This document shows, piece by piece, positions 1 to 9,508 of a stretch of 38,072 nt of DNA. The position numbers were made by a program, and so were the translations under genes. The stretch is taken from positions 1-38,072 of the IMG/VR virus record IMGVR_UViG_3300020043_003485; one strand, given 5' to 3'. The notes under the pieces were generated by a model, which worked only from the letters and a program-made list of their open reading frames with translations, was not told where the DNA came from and did no database searches. The DNA is from a virus (Duplodnaviria > Caudoviricetes). Each line of letters starts with the position of its first letter. The first letter of the stretch is position 1.

Positions 1-2
1 AC

Positions 3-98
3 CAGTGGATTAAATCACACCCTAAGAAATTTGAGAAGCTCTATGGCAAAGTACCTCCTTTATCTTCTGCTTCTACTGACGCTGTCAAGCCAGAGTAA
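3..98 (+). CDS. 3' end of an upstream hypothetical phage protein (5'-truncated by the window edge)
   Basis: Frame 3 is open from the window edge: QWIKSHPKKFEKLYGKVPPLSSASTDAVKPE*, stop TAA at 96-98, overlapping the start of the next gene. Read by eye; not in the ORF track. Confidence 0.55.
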   Translation, partial: QWIKSHPKKFEKLYGKVPPLSSASTDAVKPE

Positions 99-1206
99 CG
101 CACAGTCTAACTACTGTTACTGCCTACCTAACTCAACACACGCAGGCACTGGCTCGTTTACTGGCTCACAGGTGTGTACAGCAAACCCGGATTGTTGGGC
201 GTGTCAACCGGGGGCGTATAGCACAGCATGGCAACAGAATTACTGTTCTGCGTACACAGCGCCAGCTCCAGTAATTAACATTGAGACACAGTTTTTAAGC
301 TGTTCATCAGGATATTCTGGATCCATAACGCAGACCAGAACAATTACAAATGGTGTCCCAGGACCATGGAATACCACAAGCAATACATGTACAGCGATTG
401 TAACAACTGAAACACAGACGTTAAGCTGCCCACTTCACTACAGTGGCACTATAACACAATCTAGAACTGTAACAGCTGGAGTTCCGGGATATTGGACAAC
501 AACCAGCAATACTTGTAGACAGGATCCACCAACATGTCAAGTAAGCACACAAACACAGACCCTAAGTTGCCAAACTGGCTACACAGGTGCTATAACACAG
601 TCACAAACCTCAACGTGCCCAAACCCCTATGGCTCGCCTATATGGTCTGGTGTGTGGGTAACCACTTCAAACACGTGCGTCAAGAGTGTGACAAACCCAA
701 CAAACGTGTCAAGCCCAGCAAGCCCGGTAAGCCCTCTGAACCCGACAAGTGTGGTATCTTCACCTGCGGCAGCAGCGACCAGTACTGCTATTGCATCACC
801 AACGTCAAGTGTCGCGAGTGTTTCGACACAGGATACGACGCCAGCGGGCTCCAGTGCGGATGCGTCCCCAACGAGCACGGCTGGTTCAAGTGCCCCTGCA
901 CCAGCAAGCCCTGCCACATCGACACCTGCCCCAACGGCCAGTGTAAAGACGACGACCACTGCAGGGGCTACAACTAAAGCGCAACAGGTAGCAAACATTG
1001 TCAAGGTAGTAACTACCATTGAGTTGATAGAAAAGAACAACATAAAGCAATTTGATGCTTTCCCAATTATTCCATTTGGTCTTAATCTACCAGAAGAGTT
1101 GGTGAAGTATCAGGCACTTGGTTTGGAGCTTATTCAAACTGGTATGCCAACAATAATCCAAGATGTACAAAAACTAAAAGAAAATTCACTGGAGATTGAA
1201 CAATGA
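43..1206 (+). CDS. Exported Cys/Thr-rich repeat protein with signal peptide and Ser/Thr/Pro/Ala-rich linker
   Basis: ATG at 43 gives MAKYLLYLLLLLTLSSQSNA (SPase I-type signal). Three repeats of the form TQxLSCxxxYxGxITQxxT...WxTTSNTC are followed by a low-complexity S/T/P/A stalk. The stop overlaps the next ATG (ATGA). Confidence 0.75.
   Translation: MAKYLLYLLLLLTLSSQSNAQSNYCYCLPNSTHAGTGSFTGSQVCTANPDCWACQPGAYSTAWQQNYCSAYTAPAPVINIETQFLSCSSGYSGSITQTRTITNGVPGPWNTTSNTCTAIVTTETQTLSCPLHYSGTITQSRTVTAGVPGYWTTTSNTCRQDPPTCQVSTQTQTLSCQTGYTGAITQSQTSTCPNPYGSPIWSGVWVTTSNTCVKSVTNPTNVSSPASPVSPLNPTSVVSSPAAAATSTAIASPTSSVASVSTQDTTPAGSSADASPTSTAGSSAPAPASPATSTPAPTASVKTTTTAGATTKAQQVANIVKVVTTIELIEKNNIKQFDAFPIIPFGLNLPEELVKYQALGLELIQTGMPTIIQDVQKLKENSLEIEQ
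280..681 (+). repeat. Three degenerate Cys-pair repeats (~42 aa) within the exported protein
   Basis: ETQFLSCSSGYSGSITQTRT..WNTTSNTC / ETQTLSCPLHYSGTITQSRT..WTTTSNTC / QTQTLSCQTGYTGAITQSQT..WVTTSNTC. The first two are 126 nt apart. Confidence 0.85.
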
Positions 1207-1655
1207 GCGATTTACAAAAGCTAGAGTCAGTAACTGGCAAAATTCAAGGTTTACTTGACTGGGCCAAACAAAACACAATGATGGTGGGTATCCTAATTAC
1301 GGTGATCCCTGCTATCTTGGTATTTGGTTACAACTCTATCACGAAGTTTAACGAGATTAAAGACATGTATGAAAGCTACAGTGACACATCGTCCACTGCA
1401 GCAAGCGCAGACCGTAAGGTCAAGGTGCTAGAGGAAAGAGTAGCTGCCCAACAGGAAGCTATTATGAAATTGCAGGATCGCTCTTCTGACGCGCTCCTCA
1501 ATGCTAGAGAGGCTAAGACAGTAGCAGAAAGCACCCAAAAAGAGGTGCGCTCTTTGGCTCGTGCTCAGGAAGTGGAATTGAAGGCTGTTAATGATTCAAT
1601 GAACGCTCAACTGAACGCAATCAAAAAAGCAACAACTAATAGACTAGGAAACTAA
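1203..1655 (+). CDS. Single-pass membrane protein with C-terminal coiled coil (lysis-cassette associated)
   Basis: Hydrophobic segment MMVGILITVIPAILVFGY, then ~100 aa of A/E/K/Q-rich helical sequence. Coupled to both neighbours. Confidence 0.7.
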   Translation: MSDLQKLESVTGKIQGLLDWAKQNTMMVGILITVIPAILVFGYNSITKFNEIKDMYESYSDTSSTAASADRKVKVLEERVAAQQEAIMKLQDRSSDALLNAREAKTVAESTQKEVRSLARAQEVELKAVNDSMNAQLNAIKKATTNRLGN

Positions 1656-1656
1656 A

Positions 1657-2163
1657 ATGCTATCTTTATTATCAACACTGGGAGGTCTTTTAATCTCTGG
1701 ATTGCCAAGCGTATTGGGGTTTTTCCAAGACAAATCTGACAAAGCTCATGAATTAGAATTAGCTCGTATGCAGACAGAGCGTGAGCTACAGATGATGGAA
1801 AAAGGCTTCATTGCTCAAGCCAAAATGGAAGAAATCCGCACAGACCAAGTGGAAATGCAGACAGCGGCTCAGATGCAAAACGCTGCTTTAGATCACGACA
1901 AAAAGGTTCTTGAAAGAGCATCAACTTGGGTTGTTAACTACGTTGGCACAGTTCGTCCTACAGTGACTTACTTGTTTGTCATCGAGTTAGTATTAATTAA
2001 CTTCTGGTTATGCTACAAGTTATTCTCAATGCCTGGGTTAATTACAGGAGTTAACGATCTTACAATTATCAGTGAAATGATCTTCTCTTCTGACGAGATG
2101 GCTATGTTAGGAGGCATTATTGGTTTCTGGTTCGGTTCTCGCAATTGGGATAAGAAGAAGTGA
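1657..2163 (+). CDS. Holin-like membrane protein (resembles the 3-TM GTA-type holin family)
   Basis: N-terminal hydrophobic helix, coiled region, VRPxxTY followed by a TM segment, and C-terminal GGIIGFWFGSR-xxKKK. Directly upstream of a lysozyme. Confidence 0.65.
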   Translation: MLSLLSTLGGLLISGLPSVLGFFQDKSDKAHELELARMQTERELQMMEKGFIAQAKMEEIRTDQVEMQTAAQMQNAALDHDKKVLERASTWVVNYVGTVRPTVTYLFVIELVLINFWLCYKLFSMPGLITGVNDLTIISEMIFSSDEMAMLGGIIGFWFGSRNWDKKK

Positions 2164-2636
2164 AAGTAAGTGATAAATGCATTCAACAGATCAAGCAAGA
2201 TGAAGGCGTTAGGAACAAACCTTACCAATGTCCAGCGTTACTCTGGACGGTTGGCGTGGGTCACGTTATTGACCCCAATCACGCTAAAGTTCCAATGGCT
2301 AATAGAAAACAATTACCTATTCCTGCAGGTTGGGATAGGGTTCTAACTGCCGATGAGATTGATGATATACTACGCAAAGACTTAGCAAGGTTTGAGGCTG
2401 GGGTATTGCGTCTCATTAAGGTCAAATTAACACAAGGGCAGTTTGACGCTTTGGTGTCATTCTCATTCAACGTGGGGTTGGGTAATTTACAAAACTCCAC
2501 CCTTAGAATGAAGGTTAATAGGGAGGACTATGCTGGAGCTGCAGAACAGTTTTTGGTGTGGACTAAGGCGGGCGGTAAAGTATTGCCTGGTCTTGTTAAG
2601 CGCAGAACTCACGAAAAAGAGATGTTTGAGTCTTAA
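2160..2636 (+). CDS. Endolysin, GH24 phage lysozyme
   Basis: DEGVRNKPYQCPALLWTVGVGH gives an E-x8-C-x5-T catalytic triad. Also QGQFDALVSFSFNVG and GLVKRRxxE. GTG start overlaps the holin stop. Confidence 0.92.
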   Translation: MKVSDKCIQQIKQDEGVRNKPYQCPALLWTVGVGHVIDPNHAKVPMANRKQLPIPAGWDRVLTADEIDDILRKDLARFEAGVLRLIKVKLTQGQFDALVSFSFNVGLGNLQNSTLRMKVNREDYAGAAEQFLVWTKAGGKVLPGLVKRRTHEKEMFES

Positions 2637-3138
2637 ATTTTGGGTAATTTATACTACGCTAATTGTTTGTTTGGCAATAGATTTGCCAGTGAAACAACAA
2701 ATTGAAGAAATACGGGTAAAAGAATCCACCATTAAATTGATTCACCATTTTGAGGGGATTAAGCACTCTGCTTATGATGACGGGTATGGGAACATGACAA
2801 TTGGTGTGGGTCACCTTATTAAAGAGAGTGAACCTCACCTTTATTATACCACCCTAAAGATGCATGAAATACAACACCTCTTAAAACGCGATTTAAAGCC
2901 CTGTGAGGCGTTTTTACAGACTAGGGTAGGCATACCCCTTAACCAACCTCAATTCGATGCTCTAATGAGCGTTTGCTTTAATATAGGACTAGATAAATTT
3001 AAGGATTCTAAGACTGTTCGTTATCTGAACCAAGGTGATGTACAAAAAGCTGGGGATGCAATCCTCAACTGGAACAAACCAAGTGCTTTAGAATCCCGTA
3101 GAAAACAAGAAAGAAAGCTATTCTTGTCAAAGATTTAA
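2626..3138 (+). CDS. Second GH24 lysozyme with N-terminal hydrophobic segment (possible SAR/signal-anchored endolysin)
   Basis: FEGIKHSAYDDGYGNMTIGVGH gives an E-x8-D-x5-T triad. Also QPQFDALMSVCFNIG and RRKQE. The start is uncertain: TTG at 2626 gives MSLKFWVIYTTLIVCLAI, while the ORF track extends to 2530 inside the first lysozyme. Confidence 0.85.
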   Translation: MSLKFWVIYTTLIVCLAIDLPVKQQIEEIRVKESTIKLIHHFEGIKHSAYDDGYGNMTIGVGHLIKESEPHLYYTTLKMHEIQHLLKRDLKPCEAFLQTRVGIPLNQPQFDALMSVCFNIGLDKFKDSKTVRYLNQGDVQKAGDAILNWNKPSALESRRKQERKLFLSKI

Positions 3139-3170
3139 GGGCGAAAAACCTCTAAATTTTGTATAGGTAG
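3139..3170 (+). promoter_or_regulatory. Putative phage promoter, copy 1 (GGGCG-N16-TGTATAGGTAG)
   Basis: Intergenic and oriented toward the 3220 gene. Matches a motif found six times in the window. Confidence 0.65.
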
Positions 3171-3219
3171 TAATAGGAGCTGATCACTCTTTATATCAAT
3201 TTAACCTTAAGGAAATACC

Positions 3220-3606
3220 ATGGAAGGCTTCAAAAAAGGACCAAAGATTGCCTGTTACAAAGAAGGCGGTCAAGTGGGATACAAATCACGTAAAAAGCAT
3301 TCAGAAGAAAAAGAAATGTCTGCTGATGTTGCACAAGACAAGAAGATTGTGAAGAAAGCTTTTTCAATCCATGATGAGCAAAAACACGAAGGCAAGACAG
3401 ATTTGTCTAAATTGTGTGGTGGTGGTCGTGCAAAGACTAATGGCACTGTAAAACGCTATAAAGATGGCGGTGCTATTGGCATGAAAAAGACTGCTGGTGA
3501 CAAAGATAAAATTAAAAAGATTAAACAAGCTAAACCTGCTAAAGAATCTGGTTTGGATAGTTTAGTTTCAGAAGGTTCTATGTTCTGCGGTGGCGGAAAG
3601 GCGTAA
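3220..3606 (+). CDS. Small basic protein with repeated xxGG motifs (probable virion internal protein)
   Basis: RBS AAGGA. Lys-rich, with YKEGGQV, LCGGGRA, YKDGGAI and FCGGGKA. Confidence 0.75.
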   Translation: MEGFKKGPKIACYKEGGQVGYKSRKKHSEEKEMSADVAQDKKIVKKAFSIHDEQKHEGKTDLSKLCGGGRAKTNGTVKRYKDGGAIGMKKTAGDKDKIKKIKQAKPAKESGLDSLVSEGSMFCGGGKA

Positions 3607-3610
3607 TACA

Positions 3611-3778
3611 ATGCCAATTAAATCTAAAGCGCAACAAGGTGCTATGTACTCCGCAGCTGCGGGCAAAAGCACCCTTGGCATCCCTAAAAAAGTAGGCAAA
3701 GAATTCGTAAAAGCGGGAATGGCATCTAAAAATTTACCCAATAAAGTGCCTAAGAAAGCCGCAGGCAGAGGAAGATAA
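3611..3778 (+). CDS. Small basic hypothetical phage protein
   Basis: [32 protein letters not shown]... ATG at 3611 follows the upstream stop by 4 nt. Confidence 0.75.
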   Translation: MPIKSKAQQGAMYSAAAGKSTLGIPKKVGKEFVKAGMASKNLPNKVPKKAAGRGR

Positions 3779-3781
3779 TTC

Positions 3782-4852
3782 GTGGCGTACTCAAATACAG
3801 TAAATCAAACAAAAATTAAGGTTGCTCAACTAGTTGAGTACGCATTTCGTGCTGCCGGTAAAACTGCGGAAGAGCAAACACCGCAATATATTGATGCTGC
3901 TAAACAAGCTTTATATTACATCCTACAAGATCTGCCCAATAAAGGCGTTAACTTGTGGATGCTTAAAGAAGTATTAATCGGAGCAACAAACGGTCAAAAA
4001 GTAATAAACTTGCCAGCCACAACAATTGGTATTCGTGCCGCAAACTGGTCTTACCAAGTTTCTCCTCAAATTACATCAGCTCTTCCAACCGCAAACTCAA
4101 ATGCGTCTACATTGTTTGATGGTAATTTAGATGGTTTTGCAACATCAATTGCTGGAGCTAACAACTGGTTTGGTGCGTCTTATAGTGGCGGTCAACGCAT
4201 TGTTAACATTGGATTTAACGCTTATGTACCAGGTAATGCAACCACAACTTACAACTTAGCTTTAGAAGTAAGTGAAGATGGTACTACTTGGAGCACAATT
4301 GAAACATTGCCAGCAACAACGCTGTCTGATAGAGAATGGGCGTATTACCCAATTAACACAACGGTAAACCACAACTATTACAGACTGCGTGAGACAGTAG
4401 CTTCTACATTCTCGTTGCGTCAAATCACATTTAACTATGTTCAACAAGTTATTCCAATGGCTCCTTTGAATAGGGATGACTACTTTAATTTACCACAACA
4501 AGCGTTTGCTTCAAACCGCGCATTACAGTATTGGTTTGACAAACAAATTGAACCAAACATTCGTATTTGGCCAGTTCCTAACAATGACTTCCAAATGATG
4601 CAGTTTGTTTTAGAAATTCAACCCTGGGACGTAGGCAGTTTAACGAATGAGCTTTATATTCCTAACCGCTGGTTAAGAGCTGTTCAATCTATGTTAAGTC
4701 ATGAATTAGCTTTACAAATACCAGGCACTGAATTAAATAAAGTTCAATATTTAGAAGCGCAATCTATAAAACATTTACAAAGCGCTGAAAACGGTGAAGA
4801 AGACGAAGCGCCAATTTTCTTTAGACCTAACGTTTCTTATTACACAAGGTAA
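3782..4852 (+). CDS. Putative head-tail connector protein with inserted discoidin/F5-8-like beta domain
   Basis: Helical N- and C-termini typical of head-tail adaptors flank a beta-rich insert (LFDGNL...LEVSEDGTTW...YYRL). Located in the structural cluster. Confidence 0.55.
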   Translation: MAYSNTVNQTKIKVAQLVEYAFRAAGKTAEEQTPQYIDAAKQALYYILQDLPNKGVNLWMLKEVLIGATNGQKVINLPATTIGIRAANWSYQVSPQITSALPTANSNASTLFDGNLDGFATSIAGANNWFGASYSGGQRIVNIGFNAYVPGNATTTYNLALEVSEDGTTWSTIETLPATTLSDREWAYYPINTTVNHNYYRLRETVASTFSLRQITFNYVQQVIPMAPLNRDDYFNLPQQAFASNRALQYWFDKQIEPNIRIWPVPNNDFQMMQFVLEIQPWDVGSLTNELYIPNRWLRAVQSMLSHELALQIPGTELNKVQYLEAQSIKHLQSAENGEEDEAPIFFRPNVSYYTR

Positions 4853-4854
4853 TT

Positions 4855-5472
4855 ATGGCAGCATATGTAATGACCTACGATAACCTCGTAGCAGATATTA
4901 TCAAATACTCTGAGCGTAATGACACTGGATTTGTTGATCAAATTCCTATGTTGATTGGTTTGGCTGAACAGTCTATTGCCGCCGAAGTTAAAACACTTTG
5001 GGAATTAAACGTGGTTACAACTAACCTAGTGTTAAACAACGGCACACTTTCTAAACCTGCACGTTGGAGAAAAACAGTCTCTATGAAAATTGCTGGTGAG
5101 CCAGTTCTACATCGTTCACAGGACTATGTTGCTCAATACCAATCTGAATCTTCAAACGGTAAACCTTTATATTACGCAGATTACGACTACGATCACTGGG
5201 CTCTTGCACCAATTCCAGATGCCACATATCCTGTTGAAATTATTTATTACAGTCGTATCCAACCTTTGGATGATACAAACCAGCAAAACTTAATTAGTAG
5301 AGAAGCTCCCCAAGCTTTGTTATTCGGAACTTTATTGCAGTGTCAAGGGTATTTAAAGAGCCCTGACAAACTACAGTTGTGGCAGAGCATGTACGATAAA
5401 GCCATGAGTGCACTGAAATCTGAAAATCGTAGTAGAGATGTGGACCGCAACACTAACGTAATGGAGCCTTAA
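4855..5472 (+). CDS. Putative tail adaptor/tail tubular protein
   Basis: MTYDNLVADIIKY...GKPLYYA...LAPIPDATYPVEIIYY...ALLFGTL resembles podovirus adaptor proteins. Context supports this. Confidence 0.6.
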   Translation: MAAYVMTYDNLVADIIKYSERNDTGFVDQIPMLIGLAEQSIAAEVKTLWELNVVTTNLVLNNGTLSKPARWRKTVSMKIAGEPVLHRSQDYVAQYQSESSNGKPLYYADYDYDHWALAPIPDATYPVEIIYYSRIQPLDDTNQQNLISREAPQALLFGTLLQCQGYLKSPDKLQLWQSMYDKAMSALKSENRSRDVDRNTNVMEP

Positions 5473-6743
5473 TGACTACTTTTGTATCTCCATTTACTGG
5501 TGACGTTGTTCAGCCTACAGACGTAAGTTATGATTCTTTGACGTTTTCCACCAACCAAGAATTGGTATGGCCTAATTACGCCGTACCTGGGGAAAACACT
5601 GTTGCTGCAGCTAGAATTATTGACTGTGTGGCTACGACTACTGGGTTGACAATTAAACTACCAGCAGGTAACCAAAGCTCCGTCGGTTCTGATATTCTAT
5701 TTAGAAATAAAGGAACTAATAGTTTTGTTGTTGAAGATATTTCTGGCGACCAATCAGTAACGATTGTGGCTGGAGGATCACGGTATTTTTATTTAGTTGA
5801 TAACTCTACACTAGATGGTGTATACAGCAACGTTGAATTTGGAGCTGGCACATCAATCGCAGACGCTGCGTCATTAGTAGGCTCTGGATTAACAAATCAA
5901 GCGGGTAGATTAGAAACCTCTACTAATGTTCAAGAAGTGAATGTAGCTCCAACACTTGATGAAGAAAGTCGAGCCATCGCTTACGTATGGACAAACGGTG
6001 CCGGCTCATTCCAATTACCAGCGGCTTCAACATTGGCTTCTGGTTGGTTTATCATGGTGCGTAACGGAGGCACAGGCACTCTATTAATTCAAGCACCATC
6101 TGGCTCATTGATTGACAACAGTACAACCGCCACGTTATATCCACAAGATTCGTCTATTGTTGTTTTTGATAAAACGACAGATAACTTTTTCACAGTTGGA
6201 TTGACAAGACCTTCAATTCTTTCATACACAGCCGCTTCTTACGACGTGGATAACATTACAGGTAACACACTCAGTCTTGTTACCTACGCCCCAACGATTC
6301 AAACTTTTGTGGCGTTTTCTGGAACTAGAACACAAACTTTAAACGTTATTCTCCCCGCTATTACTCAAGTATACATCCTTTCAAATGACACAGGTCAGTC
6401 TGGATATGCTGTAACTTTTCAAGTAACCGGCAGCTCCCAAACTGCAATCCCAGTATCTAATGGAACATCGGTCATTTTATTAAGCGATGGTAACTCATTA
6501 TCAATATTATCTTCACAATCAATTACTGGTAATTTCTTAGCTAATAATGGAACTGTTGGATCGCCATCATATTCTTTTACCAGCGATTCTAGCTCCGGCA
6601 TGTTTTTAAATAGCATTCATAGACCAGGCATAGTGGCTTTTGGAATTAACATGTTAGATATTGATGCAAGAAACTTGGGAGATTTGCAAATTAACACACC
6701 AGCTAAATTTAATGCCGCCCTTATTAGTGGGGGTACGTTTTAA
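5472..6743 (+). CDS. Virion tail-associated beta-rich protein
   Basis: 423 aa with repeated LPA...G...xRNxG units, T/S/G-rich, ending ISGGTF. Coupled by TAATG overlaps. Confidence 0.6.
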   Translation: MTTFVSPFTGDVVQPTDVSYDSLTFSTNQELVWPNYAVPGENTVAAARIIDCVATTTGLTIKLPAGNQSSVGSDILFRNKGTNSFVVEDISGDQSVTIVAGGSRYFYLVDNSTLDGVYSNVEFGAGTSIADAASLVGSGLTNQAGRLETSTNVQEVNVAPTLDEESRAIAYVWTNGAGSFQLPAASTLASGWFIMVRNGGTGTLLIQAPSGSLIDNSTTATLYPQDSSIVVFDKTTDNFFTVGLTRPSILSYTAASYDVDNITGNTLSLVTYAPTIQTFVAFSGTRTQTLNVILPAITQVYILSNDTGQSGYAVTFQVTGSSQTAIPVSNGTSVILLSDGNSLSILSSQSITGNFLANNGTVGSPSYSFTSDSSSGMFLNSIHRPGIVAFGINMLDIDARNLGDLQINTPAKFNAALISGGTF

Positions 6744-8824
6744 TGGCTGACCAAAATCAAAACCTCATATACACCCTTGGTGTATTAGCAGGAATTAAAA
6801 GAGATGGAACGCAGTTTGAATCTCGTGAGTTTACCAGCGGTATGTGGACTAGATTTCAACGTGGGGTTCCTAAAAAGATGGGCGGTTACCGCCAGATGTT
6901 CCGAGACAACAACGGTATTCCTCGCGGTCTTATTGCCAATGCGTATAACGGTATTAACTATTTGTTCTCTGGTAACGCCAATACACTAGATGCGTTTACT
7001 GCAGGTACAACACTGGGTGTTGGTAGTGGTCCGTTCTCAGCAGATATGTTGGTTGGATACTCAGAACAATCAATTATTTCATCAACTTCACCCACTTTTA
7101 GAGTGGGCGGGGATCTTACTGCTATTTATACTGCGGGTACAAAAGTTGTATTTAATCAGACACCTGGGTCACCGATTTACACAGTATTGTCCAGTGTCCA
7201 TTCATCAACCCATACAGATGTCACTCTTACAACAGCGTTTCCAGGATCGCCAACGGCTGTGTGGTTGGCTAATACTTACTATGAAGCAGATATCAGAAAC
7301 CTTTGGTCTTTTGATATCCAATATAGCCCTCAAGGTGATGCCTTACAAGTATTGGCTCATCCAGGTAAAAATTTATTAAACATCGATAACGGCATTCAGT
7401 CACAAATATACGCTGGTGATATTTTAGCAGGACCTGGCAATACTTGGACATTTAGGGGGCTTGCTGATACAGAAGGACAGAACCCAACATATAGACCCAT
7501 TACTGCAGACGGCGGTGTCTGTGTTTTGTATCCTTTCATCTTCGTATACGGCTCAAACGGATTTATTGCAAATAACCATGTAGACTCCGTATATGCAGAC
7601 CAAAGTTTTAACGACTGGAATGGTCCTTTAGCTAACCAAGTCAACATGACCGCGGGTAAAGTTGTTAAAGGGCTGCCGGTGCGAGGTGGTACTAACTCAC
7701 CTTCAGGACTGTTCTGGGCGACAGATTCATTAGTTCGTGTATCTTTTACAGGTCAACAAGATTTGTATTGGAGATACGACATTATTTCTAGCCAAATCTC
7801 TATTATGTCATCAAATGCTGTCGTAGAAATGGACGGTATTTATTACTGGATGGGCGTTGACCGTTTCTACAAATACAACGGCGCTGTTTCGGTTGTGCCA
7901 AATGATAAAAACGTAAACTGGCTATTTGACAACCTTAATTACGAACAACGTCAGAAAGTTTGGGCAACAAAAGTGCCTAGGTATAATGAGGTTTGGTTCT
8001 TTTATCCAAGGGGAGACGCAACAGAGTGTACCGATGCTATTATTTATAACGTTAAAGATAACATCTGGTATGACGCTGGTGAAGCAAACGGTGCAAGACG
8101 TTCTTGCGGATACACAACAGAGGTTTTTCCAACTCCAATTTGGTGTGGTTGGGAATATAACATTTCTATTGGCGCTCCTTATCCTGTCATTGCAACTCCA
8201 TCTGGATTACCAGCACCAGGTTCAGACGAAATATATTTAAGTGGTGACGTTACTCCTGTGTTTTCACCAGGTGAAACTTTCCAATTCTCGGCAATCGCTG
8301 GAGACTATTCATACTTCGTAGACACTGCAACATACTACCCCACACAAAACTGTACTTTAGTTAAAGCCACAAGCAATTTTGTTGTATATCCAAACATAGG
8401 ACAAGCAGCGTATCCTACGGCAGCGGGATATTCAATCTGGCAACAAGAGTATGGTCAAAACGTAGTTACAGATGAGGGAACGTTTGCCATACCAGCAAAC
8501 ATTACAACGTGTGACATTAGTTGGATTGGTGGAAACCCTGCTAAAGATGAGCCTTTTGGGGTTAATAGACGTATTCATTTACGCCGTATTGAGCCAGACT
8601 TTGTGCAAACTGGAGACATGACTTTACAAATTGTTGGCCGTAAGTTTGCAAGAGGTTCAGAAGAATATTCCCCAGTGTTTACATTCGGACCAAACGACGG
8701 CAAAATAGACATGCGTGTTGAGAATAGAGAAGCTAGGTTGCAGTTCTCTTCAAACACAGTTAATGGTAATTTTGAAATGGGTCGTATTATGATTACTGCC
8801 GAATACGGCGACGAAAGACCATAA
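6743..8824 (+). CDS. Putative tail nozzle / packaged-DNA stabilisation protein (P22 gp10 / T7 gp12-like role)
   Basis: 693 aa, aromatic beta-propeller-like composition (YWMGVDRFYKYNG, EVWFFYP), positioned after the adaptors. Confidence 0.6.
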   Translation: MADQNQNLIYTLGVLAGIKRDGTQFESREFTSGMWTRFQRGVPKKMGGYRQMFRDNNGIPRGLIANAYNGINYLFSGNANTLDAFTAGTTLGVGSGPFSADMLVGYSEQSIISSTSPTFRVGGDLTAIYTAGTKVVFNQTPGSPIYTVLSSVHSSTHTDVTLTTAFPGSPTAVWLANTYYEADIRNLWSFDIQYSPQGDALQVLAHPGKNLLNIDNGIQSQIYAGDILAGPGNTWTFRGLADTEGQNPTYRPITADGGVCVLYPFIFVYGSNGFIANNHVDSVYADQSFNDWNGPLANQVNMTAGKVVKGLPVRGGTNSPSGLFWATDSLVRVSFTGQQDLYWRYDIISSQISIMSSNAVVEMDGIYYWMGVDRFYKYNGAVSVVPNDKNVNWLFDNLNYEQRQKVWATKVPRYNEVWFFYPRGDATECTDAIIYNVKDNIWYDAGEANGARRSCGYTTEVFPTPIWCGWEYNISIGAPYPVIATPSGLPAPGSDEIYLSGDVTPVFSPGETFQFSAIAGDYSYFVDTATYYPTQNCTLVKATSNFVVYPNIGQAAYPTAAGYSIWQQEYGQNVVTDEGTFAIPANITTCDISWIGGNPAKDEPFGVNRRIHLRRIEPDFVQTGDMTLQIVGRKFARGSEEYSPVFTFGPNDGKIDMRVENREARLQFSSNTVNGNFEMGRIMITAEYGDERP

Positions 8825-9087
8825 TGGCCGTCAGTCAAGCGATACGTCAAGAGATACCATTCCTCCCAGATAATGAACCTTGGGAGGATTGGAATGGTAG
8901 TATGTTGGAGTATTTTAGCCAAGAACCCATTCCTTATGTTACAGAAGATAAGTGGAAAGATTTTGCAATGGCCATGATAAGTACTCCCACTTTTGCCAAC
9001 TACGCTCTTCCAGGACCTGACGGTTTTGAGCGTTGGCAGGATTGGGTTATGGCTATTATTGGTCTAGTAAATGGACCTACATCATAG
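8824..9087 (+). CDS. Small hypothetical virion protein
   Basis: Trp-rich 87-aa ORF coupled to the upstream gene by TAATG. Confidence 0.65.
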   Translation: MAVSQAIRQEIPFLPDNEPWEDWNGSMLEYFSQEPIPYVTEDKWKDFAMAMISTPTFANYALPGPDGFERWQDWVMAIIGLVNGPTS

Positions 9088-9118
9088 GGCGAAATTAAGA
9101 GATTTTTTGCATTAGTAG
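9087..9118 (+). promoter_or_regulatory. Putative phage promoter, copy 2 (GGGCG-N16-TGCATTAGTAG)
   Basis: Same two elements and the same spacing as copy 1. Intergenic, upstream of the ejection-protein cluster. Confidence 0.7.
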
Positions 9119-9145
9119 ATATAGAAATATTAACCTTACAACATC

Positions 9146-9508
9146 ATGACACCATCAGAAATCATTAAAAAAGATGCAGAACAACGTGGCATTGACCCGC
9201 AAAAACTTCTTGCGTCTGTAGCGGTTTTGGTCAAAAAGAAAAATGCCATTATGTTGCAAGAGAATGAATCTATCTTATTGCTACAGCCTATTGGTGAAGG
9301 TGAAGTAGAGTTACATCTTTTTACAGAAGACGCTCCATTAACTATGGCAAAATCTTTGACTAAGTTTATTGAAAAGATTAGATCATCAGATCTGAAAGCC
9401 GTTTATGGTGACGCAGATAACGAACAAATTACTTCATTTTTAACTCGTCTTGGTGTGGATGTACAACCATCTGATAAACCTAAATATAACTGGATGGCTT
9501 TAGTATGA
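9146..9508 (+). CDS. Hypothetical protein (possible GNAT-like virion assembly protein)
   Basis: 120 aa with an alpha/beta pattern. Sits in the position of T7 gp13/P22 gp14-like genes before the ejection proteins (inference). Confidence 0.5.
   Translation: MTPSEIIKKDAEQRGIDPQKLLASVAVLVKKKNAIMLQENESILLLQPIGEGEVELHLFTEDAPLTMAKSLTKFIEKIRSSDLKAVYGDADNEQITSFLTRLGVDVQPSDKPKYNWMALV

Noticed and set aside
534-1043. Alternative-frame and antisense ORFs (534-977, 627-1043, 749-946)
   Set aside because: Shadows of the low-complexity Thr/Ser/Ala/Pro coding region, with no RBS or recognisable motifs.
2530-2625. N-terminal extension of the second lysozyme given by the ORF track
   Set aside because: It lies inside the first lysozyme gene. 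A start near its stop (TTG 2626 or later) is more plausible.
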